Shown here: positions 38,580-47,974 of the stretch, piece after piece
How positions within the stretch are numbered: position 1 is the stretch's first letter
How the letters are laid out: every line of letters starts with the position of its first letter
Notes under the pieces: model-generated
The model's database searches: none
What the model was told of the DNA's origin: nothing
The model's input: only the letters and a program-made list of their open reading frames with translations
Translations under genes and position numbers: made by a program
Source of the DNA: Acidobacteriota bacterium
Lineage (GTDB): Bacteria > Acidobacteriota > UBA6911 > RPQK01 > JAJDTT01
Direction of reading: 5' to 3'
Length of the DNA: 64,000 nucleotides
Assembly: GCA_965263035.1 (NCBI GenBank)
Contig: OZ253580.1
Location: 800,001 to 864,000, forward strand

Positions 38580-40039
38580 TCATCCCCATCATCTTCGTCT
38601 ACCTGGCTCTCGTGATCCTCGTCGGCAGCTTGAGCCACCGGCTCTTCCGCGGTACGGGAGAGGACTATTTCGTCGCCACTCGAAGCATCGGCCCCTTCGT
38701 CCTTCTCATGTCCCTGTTCGGTACGAACATGACGGCCTTCGCACTGCTGGGCGCATCGGGGGAGGCTTATCACGAGGGGATCGGAGTCTTTGCCCTGATG
38801 GCGTCGTCTTCGGCTCTGATCATTCCCAGCGTTTTCTTCTTCGTGGGGACCCGTCTCTGGGCCATCGGGAAACGGGAAGGCTACATCACACAGGTTCAGT
38901 ATTTTCGGGCACGTTGGGGTTCCGACCGCCTGGGACTTCTCCTGTTCGTGGTACTGGTGGGGTTGGTGGTGCCCTACCTGTTGATCGGGGTGATGGCGGG
39001 AGGAGTCACCCTGAACCAGGTGACCGACGGCCAGATTCCCGAATGGCTGGGCGGCCTCATCGTCTGCGCAGTGGTCCTGACCTATGTATCCACCAGCGGT
39101 TTGAGAGCCACCGCCTGGGTGAACACTTTTCAGACCCTGGTATTCATGATCCTGGGCGCCGTGGCGTTCGTGGTGATCACCCGCAAGCTGGGAGGCCTGT
39201 CCCAGGGACTGGAGCGGGTCATGGAAACCCATCCCGAGCTCCTGATCCGAGGCGAACTCATCACCCCACTTCAGCTTCTGAGCTACACCTGCATCCCTCT
39301 CTCGGTGGGAATGTTCCCCCACATGTTCATGCACTGGCTGTCGGCGCGGCGGGCCGAGGCCTTTCGCTTCCCTCTCATGGTTTACCCGCTGTGCATCGCG
39401 GCGGTCTGGGTGCCGAGCGTCCTGTTGGGGATCTTGGGCCGAGTCGACTTCCCCGAACTGACGATCGGACAGGCCAACTCCGTTTTGATCAAGATGATCG
39501 CGCTGCACTCGCCGGAGATCGTGGCCGGGCTCCTGGCGGCCGGGGTGCTGGCCGCCGTCATGTCCTCGCTGGACTCCCAGTTCCTCTCGCTGGGGAGCAT
39601 GTTCACCGCGGACATCGTTCGCCACTACGGGTTTCACGACCGGATGACCGAGCAGCAGCAAGTGCGGGCTGGACGGCTGTTCGTGGTCGGCCTGGTGGCC
39701 GTCATCTATCTCCTCTCTCTGGTCACCGATCGGAGCATCTTCAAGCTGGCGGTCTGGTCCTTCACCGGCTTCGCGGCGCTGTTCCCGGTCGTGGCGGCGG
39801 CCCTGTTCTGGAAGCGAAGCACCAAGTACGGCGCCTATGGCTCGATCCTGAGCGTCGTCGTCCTCTGGATCTATTTCTTCCGCCAGGGCTGGGAGTCACC
39901 CGGATACACGTTGGGGGGCACCGGAGTCATGCCGGTGGCGGTCATCCTGGGAGTCTCTGCCCTGTCGATGATCGTCTTTTCCCTGGTGACGCAACCGCCA
40001 CGGGAATCGGTCCTCCGGAAGTTCTTTCCGCCGTCCTGA
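38576..40039 (+). CDS. Sodium:solute symporter (SSS) family protein
   Basis: EDYFVATRSIG, GLRATAWVNTFQ, LAAVMSSLDSQ, and many TM segments. Confidence 0.9.
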   Translation: MIIPIIFVYLALVILVGSLSHRLFRGTGEDYFVATRSIGPFVLLMSLFGTNMTAFALLGASGEAYHEGIGVFALMASSSALIIPSVFFFVGTRLWAIGKREGYITQVQYFRARWGSDRLGLLLFVVLVGLVVPYLLIGVMAGGVTLNQVTDGQIPEWLGGLIVCAVVLTYVSTSGLRATAWVNTFQTLVFMILGAVAFVVITRKLGGLSQGLERVMETHPELLIRGELITPLQLLSYTCIPLSVGMFPHMFMHWLSARRAEAFRFPLMVYPLCIAAVWVPSVLLGILGRVDFPELTIGQANSVLIKMIALHSPEIVAGLLAAGVLAAVMSSLDSQFLSLGSMFTADIVRHYGFHDRMTEQQQVRAGRLFVVGLVAVIYLLSLVTDRSIFKLAVWSFTGFAALFPVVAAALFWKRSTKYGAYGSILSVVVLWIYFFRQGWESPGYTLGGTGVMPVAVILGVSALSMIVFSLVTQPPRESVLRKFFPPS

Positions 40040-40088
40040 TTGGCCGATCCCGCGGAGCGTCCCGGCTCCGGAAGCGCCGGCTGACTAC

Positions 40089-40658
40089 TTACGGTTCGAG
40101 CCAAGTGGCGGCGTCTTCGGGGGTGTCAACGTCCTGGGAGGCCTGGAGGGCAACCTCACCCACCGACGACGCGACACGGGTCAGAGCCCGGGCTCCTCGG
40201 TCTCCCTGCAGCGTCATGATCTGGGGGAAGAGGCTTCGGTCCACCAGGGCCGGGGCTCCCAGCACGCCCTGGTATCGGGAGAGAACCAGGTCACAACTGT
40301 CCGTACGGTGCCGCTCCACCAGGGCTTCCAAGTGTCCCTTCTCCACGAAGGCCTGGTCGGCCAGAAGGATAAGAGCCGCGCCGAACTCTGGTGGAAGAGC
40401 CTCGACTCCCCGGCGCAGGGACGAGGCGAGTCCCTCACGCCATTCCGGGTTCACGACCAGTTCAACTCCGGGAGCATTCACTTCGTTCCCGTACCTCCGG
40501 GGGTAGGCCCCGACCACGACCCACACCGCGTCGCAGACCTGCGCGGCGGTGGTTACGGCATGCGCCAGAAGGCTCTGGCCGCGATGCCGGAGGAGGAGCT
40601 TGGCAGATCCCATGCGCCGGCTCTCGCCGGCGGCCAGAACCACCCCGGCGACGTTCAC
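40089..40658 (-). CDS. mocA: Molybdenum cofactor cytidylyltransferase-like nucleotidyltransferase
   Basis: VVLAAGESRRMG, NPEWREGLASS, LADQ, GDRGAR, DVDTPED. GTGA overlap with coxE. Confidence 0.8.
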   Translation of the reverse strand: MNVAGVVLAAGESRRMGSAKLLLRHRGQSLLAHAVTTAAQVCDAVWVVVGAYPRRYGNEVNAPGVELVVNPEWREGLASSLRRGVEALPPEFGAALILLADQAFVEKGHLEALVERHRTDSCDLVLSRYQGVLGAPALVDRSLFPQIMTLQGDRGARALTRVASSVGEVALQASQDVDTPEDAATWLEP

Positions 40659-41773
40659 AGCCGATCCGTGAAACGCCGCAGGCTGGCCAGATCCACGACG
40701 GGGGCGAAGGTGTCGGTATGCGGAAGAATGACCCGGATGCCGGCCGTGGCCGGGCGGTATCCGGGAGCGGCTGCCAGCGGACTCAGCCAGAGGAGCCGGG
40801 ACCCGGACTGCTTCAGCCGAATCAAGGCCCGCTCCAACAGGTCCAGGTCTCCCGTGTCCCAACCGTCGCTGAGGACCAGCACCGCCGTTTGCGACCCCAG
40901 TTGGTACGGGTACCGTTCCAGGAAATCGTGGAAGCAGGCTCCGATCCGGGTACCGGTGCTTCTCCGGGGCAGGACTCTGAAGAGCGCCTGCCGTGCACCC
41001 CGCGCACCTCTCGCCTGAAGAGCCCGGGTCAAGCGGTAGAGCCGCGTGCTGAAGGCGAAGACCTCCACCCGCCCCAGACCCCGCTGGGAAGCGCAGGCAT
41101 GGGAGAACTGGAACAGAAAGGAACTGTGGAGCTCCATGGAGCCGCTCACGTCCACCAGGACCACCAGACGGACCCGGTCCAGGCGGCGTCTCCGGAAGAC
41201 CAGGTCCATCAATTCGCCCCCTCGCTGGGTGCTTCGATGGACCGTACGCCTCAGGTCGAGAACTCTTCCGCGGGAACTGAGCCGCCGGCGCCGGGACCTG
41301 CGGCGGGACAACTTCCGGGCCAGACGGCGAACCGTAAGCTTCAACTGGGCGGACTCGGACAGGCCTGGAGGAGGACTTCCCGAGAGGACTTCCAGCGGAC
41401 TGTAGGAGCCCTGCCGGATTTCCCCTTCGGTCTCCGAACCTTGGGACCAAGCCACCAGGCTCAAGCCGAAACGGGGTATGGCTGCTTGAATCCGTTCACT
41501 TTCTTCCGTTCCCGGTTCGGCTCGCCCGTTCCCATCCAGTAATCCACCCTGAAAGTACCTTTTGAACAGGTGGTCGAAGCGCTCGATTTCGCGGGGGCTT
41601 CCGGCAAAGAGGGTCCGGAGCACGTGGAAGAAGTCGCCCCGGTCGGTGGTCCCGAACCTCTGAAGCGCGGTCAAGGCGTCCCCCACCTCCCGGGGGCCTG
41701 CCCTCATCCCCTCGGAGCGCAGAATGCGGGCGAAGGCCGCCACATTCTCCTCCAAGCGACCCGGATAGGACAT
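40655..41773 (-). CDS. coxE: CoxE-like von Willebrand A domain protein
   Basis: LDLRRT, DVSGSM (MIDAS), FAFSTRL, GTRIG, LSDGWD. Confidence 0.85.
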   Translation of the reverse strand: MSYPGRLEENVAAFARILRSEGMRAGPREVGDALTALQRFGTTDRGDFFHVLRTLFAGSPREIERFDHLFKRYFQGGLLDGNGRAEPGTEESERIQAAIPRFGLSLVAWSQGSETEGEIRQGSYSPLEVLSGSPPPGLSESAQLKLTVRRLARKLSRRRSRRRRLSSRGRVLDLRRTVHRSTQRGGELMDLVFRRRRLDRVRLVVLVDVSGSMELHSSFLFQFSHACASQRGLGRVEVFAFSTRLYRLTRALQARGARGARQALFRVLPRRSTGTRIGACFHDFLERYPYQLGSQTAVLVLSDGWDTGDLDLLERALIRLKQSGSRLLWLSPLAAAPGYRPATAGIRVILPHTDTFAPVVDLASLRRFTDRL

Positions 41774-42699
41774 CAGGACTCCGCCAGGACGGCTTCCATC
41801 TGCTCGACCGCTCTGGTGATCCCTCCCGATTCGAAACCTCCGAGGCCGGACAGCAGGGCCGTGAGAAAACGGCTTCGGACCCGGCGCTGATCCTCGACGT
41901 GCTTGAGCAGCACTCCCAGGGTCGATTCGATCACCTCCGGACCCAGCCGGTCCCGGTCGAGGTAGAGGAGAGCCGCTACCCAATCCAGGGTCTCGGAGAC
42001 TCCAGGCGCCTTCTCCAGGGGGAGGAGTCGGAGCATCTGGACGAAGGCCACGATCCGTGCCGAAATGGACTCTCCGGCACCGGGCACCCGGGCTCGCACA
42101 ATGGCCAGCTCCTTGTCGAAAGACGGATAGTCGATCCAGAGATACAGGCACCGTCTTCTCAGGGCATCGGCCAGATCCCGGGTCCGGTTGCTGGTGAGGA
42201 CCGTGTAGGGAACCTGCCGGGCCGTGAGCGTGCCCAGTTCCGGAACCGAGACCTGCCAATCCGAGAGCAGCTCCAGGAGGAAGGCCTCGAATTCCTCATC
42301 GCTCCGATCCACCTCGTCGATGAGAAGCACCGGCGCCTTCGAGGAGGTGATCGCCTCCAGGAGGGGGCGTTTCAGAAGGTAGTCGATGCTGAAGATCTCG
42401 GCTCGCCCGGAGCCGCTGGCCTCGGCCAGGCGAATGTCCAGCAGCTGTTTCTGGTAGTTCCACTCATAGAGGGCGGAGCTGGTGTCGATGCCTTCGTAAC
42501 ATTGGAGACGGATCAGATGGGTGTCCAGGACGCTGGACATGGCGCTGGCGATCGCCGTCTTTCCCACTCCCGTCGGTCCCTCCACGAGGAGGGGGCGACC
42601 CAAGACCGCCGCCAGTTGAACGGCCGTCGCCACCGGGCGTTCGGCAATGTAACCATGGCGCTCCAACCGGCGTTGGAGCTGCTCGATTTCAGGGTGCAT
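41773..42699 (-). CDS. coxD: CoxD/MoxR-family AAA+ ATPase
   Basis: EGPTGVGKT, RLQCYEG, YEWNY, LIDEVDR, TSNRTR, ALRRRC. Confidence 0.88.
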   Translation of the reverse strand: MHPEIEQLQRRLERHGYIAERPVATAVQLAAVLGRPLLVEGPTGVGKTAIASAMSSVLDTHLIRLQCYEGIDTSSALYEWNYQKQLLDIRLAEASGSGRAEIFSIDYLLKRPLLEAITSSKAPVLLIDEVDRSDEEFEAFLLELLSDWQVSVPELGTLTARQVPYTVLTSNRTRDLADALRRRCLYLWIDYPSFDKELAIVRARVPGAGESISARIVAFVQMLRLLPLEKAPGVSETLDWVAALLYLDRDRLGPEVIESTLGVLLKHVEDQRRVRSRFLTALLSGLGGFESGGITRAVEQMEAVLAES

Positions 42700-42787
42700 T
42701 GGACAGAATTGGACGGAAGGGCCCAGGAGTGGACTGGGCCCGATCCCGCGATAACAGGCACGAAAGTGCGCTTGGAAACACCGGGAG

Positions 42788-43660
42788 CTACCCGGCGGCG
42801 CGCTCCGAGGCCGTGGTGAGGGCCCGCCTCACATAGGCGGCCGCCAACGCTCTCCGGTAGTCGGCGCCGGCAAAGTAATCCTCCAAGGGCTCCACGCCGT
42901 CGCTGGCATGCGCCGAGGCCGCCGCGATGGCGTCCGCGCTGATGGCGGATCTCTCCAGAGCCGACTCGACACCGGTGGCACGGTAGGCGCCGTCGGAGAT
43001 CCCCGTCACCCCGACGCGGCACTTGACGCAGTTTCCTCCGCCGTCGGTCTCGACCACCGCCGCGACGCCACAGACGGCGTATCCCGACGCGGGATGCGGG
43101 TATTTCAGGTAGGCGCCCCCGGAATTGGCACCGAGGCCGGCGACCCGCACTTCCACCAGCAACTCATCCTGTTGCAGTGCCGTCGAGAAGAATCCGAAAA
43201 AGAACTGGTCGGCGGAAATGGTCCGTCTCCCCCCCGGACCCTGGGCAACGAGCTGCGCCTCCAACGCCAGAGCCGGAGCGGGCTGATCGGCCGCCGGATC
43301 GGCATGAGCCAGGCTGCCGCCCAAGGTTCCCATGTTCCGAACCTGGACGTCTCCGATCAGTCCCGCGGCCTCCGCCAGGGGAGCCGCCTTCTGCCGCAAA
43401 CTATCGGAAAACTCCACCTCCGAATGAGTGGTGAGAGCTCCGATGGCCAGATCGCCGTTCTCCTCTCGAATGTAGCTCAAGCTGGACTTGAGCTTCTTCA
43501 GATCCACCAGATGCTGGGACGAGGACAGACGCAGCTTCATCATGGGGATCAAGCTGTGCCCTCCCGCCAGCAGCCTGGCGTTGGAGCCGTGACGACTCAG
43601 AAGGTCGAGGGCCTCCTCGATGGTCTCGGGAGCGTGGTACTCGAATTCACCTGGAAACAT
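42788..43660 (-). CDS. coxM: CO dehydrogenase-like/xanthine dehydrogenase family FAD subunit
   Basis: LAGGHSLIPMMKLR, VRNMGTLGGSLAHADP. Confidence 0.9.
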   Translation of the reverse strand: MFPGEFEYHAPETIEEALDLLSRHGSNARLLAGGHSLIPMMKLRLSSSQHLVDLKKLKSSLSYIREENGDLAIGALTTHSEVEFSDSLRQKAAPLAEAAGLIGDVQVRNMGTLGGSLAHADPAADQPAPALALEAQLVAQGPGGRRTISADQFFFGFFSTALQQDELLVEVRVAGLGANSGGAYLKYPHPASGYAVCGVAAVVETDGGGNCVKCRVGVTGISDGAYRATGVESALERSAISADAIAAASAHASDGVEPLEDYFAGADYRRALAAAYVRRALTTASERAAG

Positions 43661-43663
43661 GCT

Positions 43664-46009
43664 CTACCTCCCCTGTGCCTGCTGAATGGCCTGCCACACG
43701 CGCTGGGGCGTGAAAGGCATCTCCACATGATCAATTCCGAAAGGACCGAGCGCGTCGGCAACCGCATTGGCTACCGCGGCCGTGCTGCCGATGCTGCCGG
43801 CTTCCCCGATCCCCTTGAGTCCCAAGGGATTGACGGGAGAAGGCGTGACGGTCCGATCCAGCTCGAAGCTGGGCATCTGACCCGGCTTGGGCACCGCGTA
43901 GTCCATCATGGTCCCGGTCAGGAGCTGTCCTGACTCGTCGTACTGTGCGTGTTCGTACAGCGCCTGGGCGATTCCGAAAGCGATGCCGCCGTGGATCTGG
44001 CCGTCTACGATCAGTGGATTGATCACCTTTCCGCAGTCGTCCACGGCCACGTACCTGACGATCTTGGTCTGGCCGGTCTCGGCGTCCACCTCGACGATGC
44101 AGGCATGCGCTCCGAAGGGAAACACGAAATTGCTGGGATCGTAGAAGGACTGGGACTCCAACCCCGGCTCCATGCCCTCGGGTAGGTTCCAGGCCAGATA
44201 GGCCTGCAGAGCCACGTCCTGGAAACTCATTCCCTGATCGGTCCCCTTCACCTGGAAGCGCCCGTCCTCGAACTCCAGGTCTTCGTCCCGGGCCTCCAAC
44301 TGATGCGCCGCGATCTTGCGAGCCTTGTCCACCACCTTTTCGGCGGCCTTGAAAGCGGCGATCCCGCCCACGGCCGTGGCGCGGCTGCCGTAGGTCCCCA
44401 TTCCCATGGGAACCAGATCGGTGTCTCCGTGAACCAGCTCCACGTCGTCTATGTCCACTCCCAGCACGTCTCCCACCACCTGGGCGAAGGTCGTCTCCTC
44501 CCCTTGGCCGTGAGGGTTGGCGCCGGTCATGACGGTGACCTTGCCGGTGGGGTGCACCCGAACCACCGAGGACTCCCAGAGCCCCCCCTGAAATCCGGTG
44601 CTTCCCACGACCGCACTGGGGCCCAGCCCACAGATTTCGACGTAGGTGGAGAAACCGATCCCAAGATAGCGGCCCTGTTTCCGCGCCTCCGCCTGTTCGC
44701 TTCGAAAAGCCTCGTAGTCCACCATTTCCAGGCACCGGTCCAAGGCCGCGTCGTAGTCGCCGCTGTCGTAGCTGACCCCGGTGGCCACCTGATGTGGAAA
44801 CTTCTCCTTGCCGATGAAATTCCGGCGCCGGATTTCTACCGGGTCCATGTCCAAACGTTGGGCCACCAGGTCCACGACCCGTTCCAGGAGGTACGTGGCC
44901 TCGGGCCGGCCGGCGCCCCGGCAGGCGTCCACGGGAGTGGTGTGAGTGAAGACTCCCACCACCTCCGCGCCCACGGCCGCTACGTCATACACGCCGGAGA
45001 GCATCAGACCGTACAACCAGGTCGGGACGCCGGGAGCCGCCGTGGAAACGTAGGCTCCCATGTTGGCCCAGGCCTTGAACTTCAGACCCAGGATCTTTCC
45101 TTCGTTGGTATAGGCCGCTTCCACGTCGGTCACGTGGTCTCGCCCGTGGGTGGTGCACAGGAAGTTCTCCCGCCGGGTTTCCACCCACTTGACCGGGCGG
45201 CCCGTCTGCATGGCGCAGAATGCCATGACGGCCTCGTCGGCGTACACGGCGATCTTGCTGCCGAAGCCGCCCCCGATCTCGGGAGTCACGACCCTCAACT
45301 TATGCTCGGGAACCCCCAGAACGCTGGAGAGCAGCAGTCGATGGATATGAGGATTCTGGCTGGTCATCCGCAACGTCAACTCGCCCGAGGCGGCATTGTA
45401 CTGGGCCACGCATCCTCGGGGCTCGATGGCGCAGGGAATCATGCGATGATTGCTCGTCCGGAACTTGAGGACATCGTCGGCGTCCTCGAAGGCCTGATCC
45501 AGATCGCCGCCGCCGAGCTTGAACAGAAAACATCTGTTGGAAGGCGCATCGTCGTGGACCTGGGGAGCCCCCTCTTCCACGGCCTTCGTCTGATCCGCCA
45601 CCGCGTCCAGGATCTCGTAGTCCACCTGGACCAGTTGGGCGGCGTCCTCGGCCTGGTAACGGTCCTCGGCCAGCACGACGGCCACGCCGTCGCCGACGTA
45701 CCGGACCCGATCCCGGGCCAACGGAGGATGGTCCGGCGTCTTCAGATCGCTGTCTGGAATGAGCCAGGCCGTGGGTATGGAACCCACCCCCTCCATATCC
45801 TTCCCGGTAAAGACGGCCACGACTCCCGGGGCCGACCGAGCCGCTTCCACGTCGACGGACCTGATGTTGGCGTGGGCGTGGGGACTGCGAACGATGGCCG
45901 CGTGGACCATTCCCGGGATCACGAGGTCGTCCGTGTACTGGCTGCCTCCGGTGAGCAGCCGCCGATCCTCGCGGCGCTTGACTGGTGTACCGAAAAATTT
46001 GGTCGCCAT
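43664..46009 (-). CDS. coxL: Form II CoxL-like molybdopterin-binding large subunit
   Basis: GGGFGSK, HGRDH, active-site loop DACRGAGRPE, HGQGEET, GTYGSR, GQIHGG, KGIGE. Confidence 0.88.
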   Translation of the reverse strand: MATKFFGTPVKRREDRRLLTGGSQYTDDLVIPGMVHAAIVRSPHAHANIRSVDVEAARSAPGVVAVFTGKDMEGVGSIPTAWLIPDSDLKTPDHPPLARDRVRYVGDGVAVVLAEDRYQAEDAAQLVQVDYEILDAVADQTKAVEEGAPQVHDDAPSNRCFLFKLGGGDLDQAFEDADDVLKFRTSNHRMIPCAIEPRGCVAQYNAASGELTLRMTSQNPHIHRLLLSSVLGVPEHKLRVVTPEIGGGFGSKIAVYADEAVMAFCAMQTGRPVKWVETRRENFLCTTHGRDHVTDVEAAYTNEGKILGLKFKAWANMGAYVSTAAPGVPTWLYGLMLSGVYDVAAVGAEVVGVFTHTTPVDACRGAGRPEATYLLERVVDLVAQRLDMDPVEIRRRNFIGKEKFPHQVATGVSYDSGDYDAALDRCLEMVDYEAFRSEQAEARKQGRYLGIGFSTYVEICGLGPSAVVGSTGFQGGLWESSVVRVHPTGKVTVMTGANPHGQGEETTFAQVVGDVLGVDIDDVELVHGDTDLVPMGMGTYGSRATAVGGIAAFKAAEKVVDKARKIAAHQLEARDEDLEFEDGRFQVKGTDQGMSFQDVALQAYLAWNLPEGMEPGLESQSFYDPSNFVFPFGAHACIVEVDAETGQTKIVRYVAVDDCGKVINPLIVDGQIHGGIAFGIAQALYEHAQYDESGQLLTGTMMDYAVPKPGQMPSFELDRTVTPSPVNPLGLKGIGEAGSIGSTAAVANAVADALGPFGIDHVEMPFTPQRVWQAIQQAQGR

Positions 46010-46021
46010 TCTTCCTCCTCC

Positions 46022-46504
46022 CTAGCTTGCCGCTTCCCGCATCTTGCCGGCCGCATTCTGGACGGCGTTGACGATGTGCTGATACCCGGTGCAACGGCAC
46101 AGGTTCCCTTCCAGCGCATGCCGGATCTCGGCGTCGTCCGGATCCGGATTTCGCTCCAGGAGCTGGACCGTGGCCATCAGGAAGCCGGGAGTGCAGAACC
46201 CGCACTGAAGTCCATGCTCTTCCCAGAAGGCTTCCTGGATCGCGTGCAGGTCTCCGTTCGTCGCCAACCCCTCCACCGTGGTGATCTCGGCGCCGTCGGC
46301 CTGAACCGCCAGCAGCGTGCACGACTTCACGGCCAGATCGCCCAACAGGACGGTACACGCTCCGCAACTGGAGGTGTCACAACCGACGTGAGTCCCGGTC
46401 AAACCCAACACCTCCCGAAGGAAGTGCACCAAGAGCAATCGTGGCTCCACCTCCCTCCGATAGGTCGACCCATTGACTCGAACCTCAATGGACACTTGTG
46501 CCAT
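46022..46504 (-). CDS. coxS: CoxS-like 2x[2Fe-2S] subunit
   Basis: GCDTSSCGACT, QCGFCTPG, NLCRCTGY. Confidence 0.92.
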   Translation of the reverse strand: MAQVSIEVRVNGSTYRREVEPRLLLVHFLREVLGLTGTHVGCDTSSCGACTVLLGDLAVKSCTLLAVQADGAEITTVEGLATNGDLHAIQEAFWEEHGLQCGFCTPGFLMATVQLLERNPDPDDAEIRHALEGNLCRCTGYQHIVNAVQNAAGKMREAAS

Positions 46505-46554
46505 CTTCTACCTCCTTGGATGGTAGTTCTAACCCAGGGAGGGCGTGCAAAGGT

Positions 46555-46992
46555 TCAACCGCTCCCCTCCCGCTTAAGATTCTCGAAGAATTCCGCCGCC
46601 AGTTTCCGGGCCATCCCGGAAAAGAGACGGCTACCCACAGCCGCCAGGGTCCCGGCCACGAGGGCATTCCCCTGATAGTGGACCAATGTCTCCTGGCCAA
46701 CCTCCTCCAGCCTCAATTTTCCCTCGGCCCGGACCCCGCCCACGCCGCCGCTTCCGTCAACCCGCAGTGTGAGGTCCGAGGGCTCCTGCTTGTCGCGCAC
46801 TTCCACGTGTCCGCTGAAGACGCCGCGAACCGGTCCCAGGCCCAGTTCCAACTCCGCTTTGAAGCGGTCTTCACCGTCTGGCACCAGGGTCTTGACTCCG
46901 GGAGTCGCCCGGGCCAAAACCTGGGGATCGTTCAATAGCTGCCAGACTCGGAGACGGGACAGGGGCAGTCGGTGCGTTCCCGATAGCTGCAT
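46555..46992 (-). CDS. coxG: CoxG/SRPBCC family protein
   Basis: VWQLLNDPQVLARATPG and GTLAAVGSRL. First gene of the cox operon. Confidence 0.85.
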   Translation of the reverse strand: MQLSGTHRLPLSRLRVWQLLNDPQVLARATPGVKTLVPDGEDRFKAELELGLGPVRGVFSGHVEVRDKQEPSDLTLRVDGSGGVGGVRAEGKLRLEEVGQETLVHYQGNALVAGTLAAVGSRLFSGMARKLAAEFFENLKREGSG

Positions 46993-47221
46993 CAAGGGCC
47001 TCAAGTAATGTTGATCAGAAGTTCCCACTCAGGACACTCCCTATTCTTCAACCGCTCGTAAGGTCTGTCAAACACTTTTAATACAAACGCGGGAAAATTC
47101 CGGGCAAGCGGGGCCATAGTCGATTCTCACGCCGCGGCTGGTTCCCGCTTCTCACTTCATTCCTCTTTTCTCTCTTACCCCTTTCCTCTCCCCTTCCTCT
47201 TCCCCATGCTATGATTCCCGG

Positions 47222-47932
47222 GTGCGATTTGGGCCCGGGTACAAAGTGACTATCGGTCCTCTCATGACGCCGATGGTCAAGTACCTGGTCATCGGTTGCG
47301 GACTCGCCTTTCTCCTGCAATGGGCCGCCGGCCCGGACCTGTTGTGGATCTTCGGACTGACGCCTACAGCCGTCTTGGCGAAACTCTACATCTGGCAGCT
47401 GGGAACCTACCTGTTTCTCCACGCCGACTTCTGGCACCTGTTCTGGAACATGTTCACGCTCTGGATGTTCGGCCGCGAACTGGAACGGCACTGGGGCAGC
47501 CGGCAGTTCCTGCGCTTTTTCCTGATCACTGGAATCGGAGCCGGGCTGCTGTCGGTCGTGGTGGATCCAATGGGAAAGATACCCACCATCGGAGCCAGCG
47601 GGTCGATATACGGGATCCTCACGGCCTACGGCATGATGTTCCCCGAGCGCCGCGTCTATCTCTACTTCCTGCTGCCGGTCAAGGTGAAGTACTTCGTGGC
47701 CGTGCTGGGACTATTCGCCTTCATTTCGGCCCTGGATTCGCCTGGCAGCACCATCGCCCACGTCGCCCACCTGGGCGGCATGATCTTCGCCTTCATCTAC
47801 CTGAAGCGCTGGCTCTCACTCGGAGCCGTGCGCCAGGCGTACCATCGATGGAAACTGAAGCGAATGCGCAGCCGATTCCGGGTGCTCGACGAGAAGAGAC
47901 GGAACCGCAAGGACGACTACTGGATCCAGTAG
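47222..47932 (+). CDS. Rhomboid family intramembrane serine protease
   Basis: FLHAD..HLFWNM, GRELERHWG, GASG, AHLGG. Confidence 0.92.
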   Translation: MRFGPGYKVTIGPLMTPMVKYLVIGCGLAFLLQWAAGPDLLWIFGLTPTAVLAKLYIWQLGTYLFLHADFWHLFWNMFTLWMFGRELERHWGSRQFLRFFLITGIGAGLLSVVVDPMGKIPTIGASGSIYGILTAYGMMFPERRVYLYFLLPVKVKYFVAVLGLFAFISALDSPGSTIAHVAHLGGMIFAFIYLKRWLSLGAVRQAYHRWKLKRMRSRFRVLDEKRRNRKDDYWIQ

Positions 47933-47974
47933 CCTCGTGCGCCGCGAGTCCCCTGCCCTCCCTCCAACGCCGGA

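Noticed and set aside
40659-42259. Long N-terminal extensions of mocA (to 41450) and coxE (to 42259) in the ORF track
   Set aside because: The extensions overlap the upstream genes in another frame. The family motifs start at the coupled start codons 40658 and 41773.
43664-46009. Bona fide form I aerobic CO dehydrogenase
   Set aside because: It lacks AYxCSFR and the gene order is S-L-M, both typical of form II enzymes of uncertain substrate.
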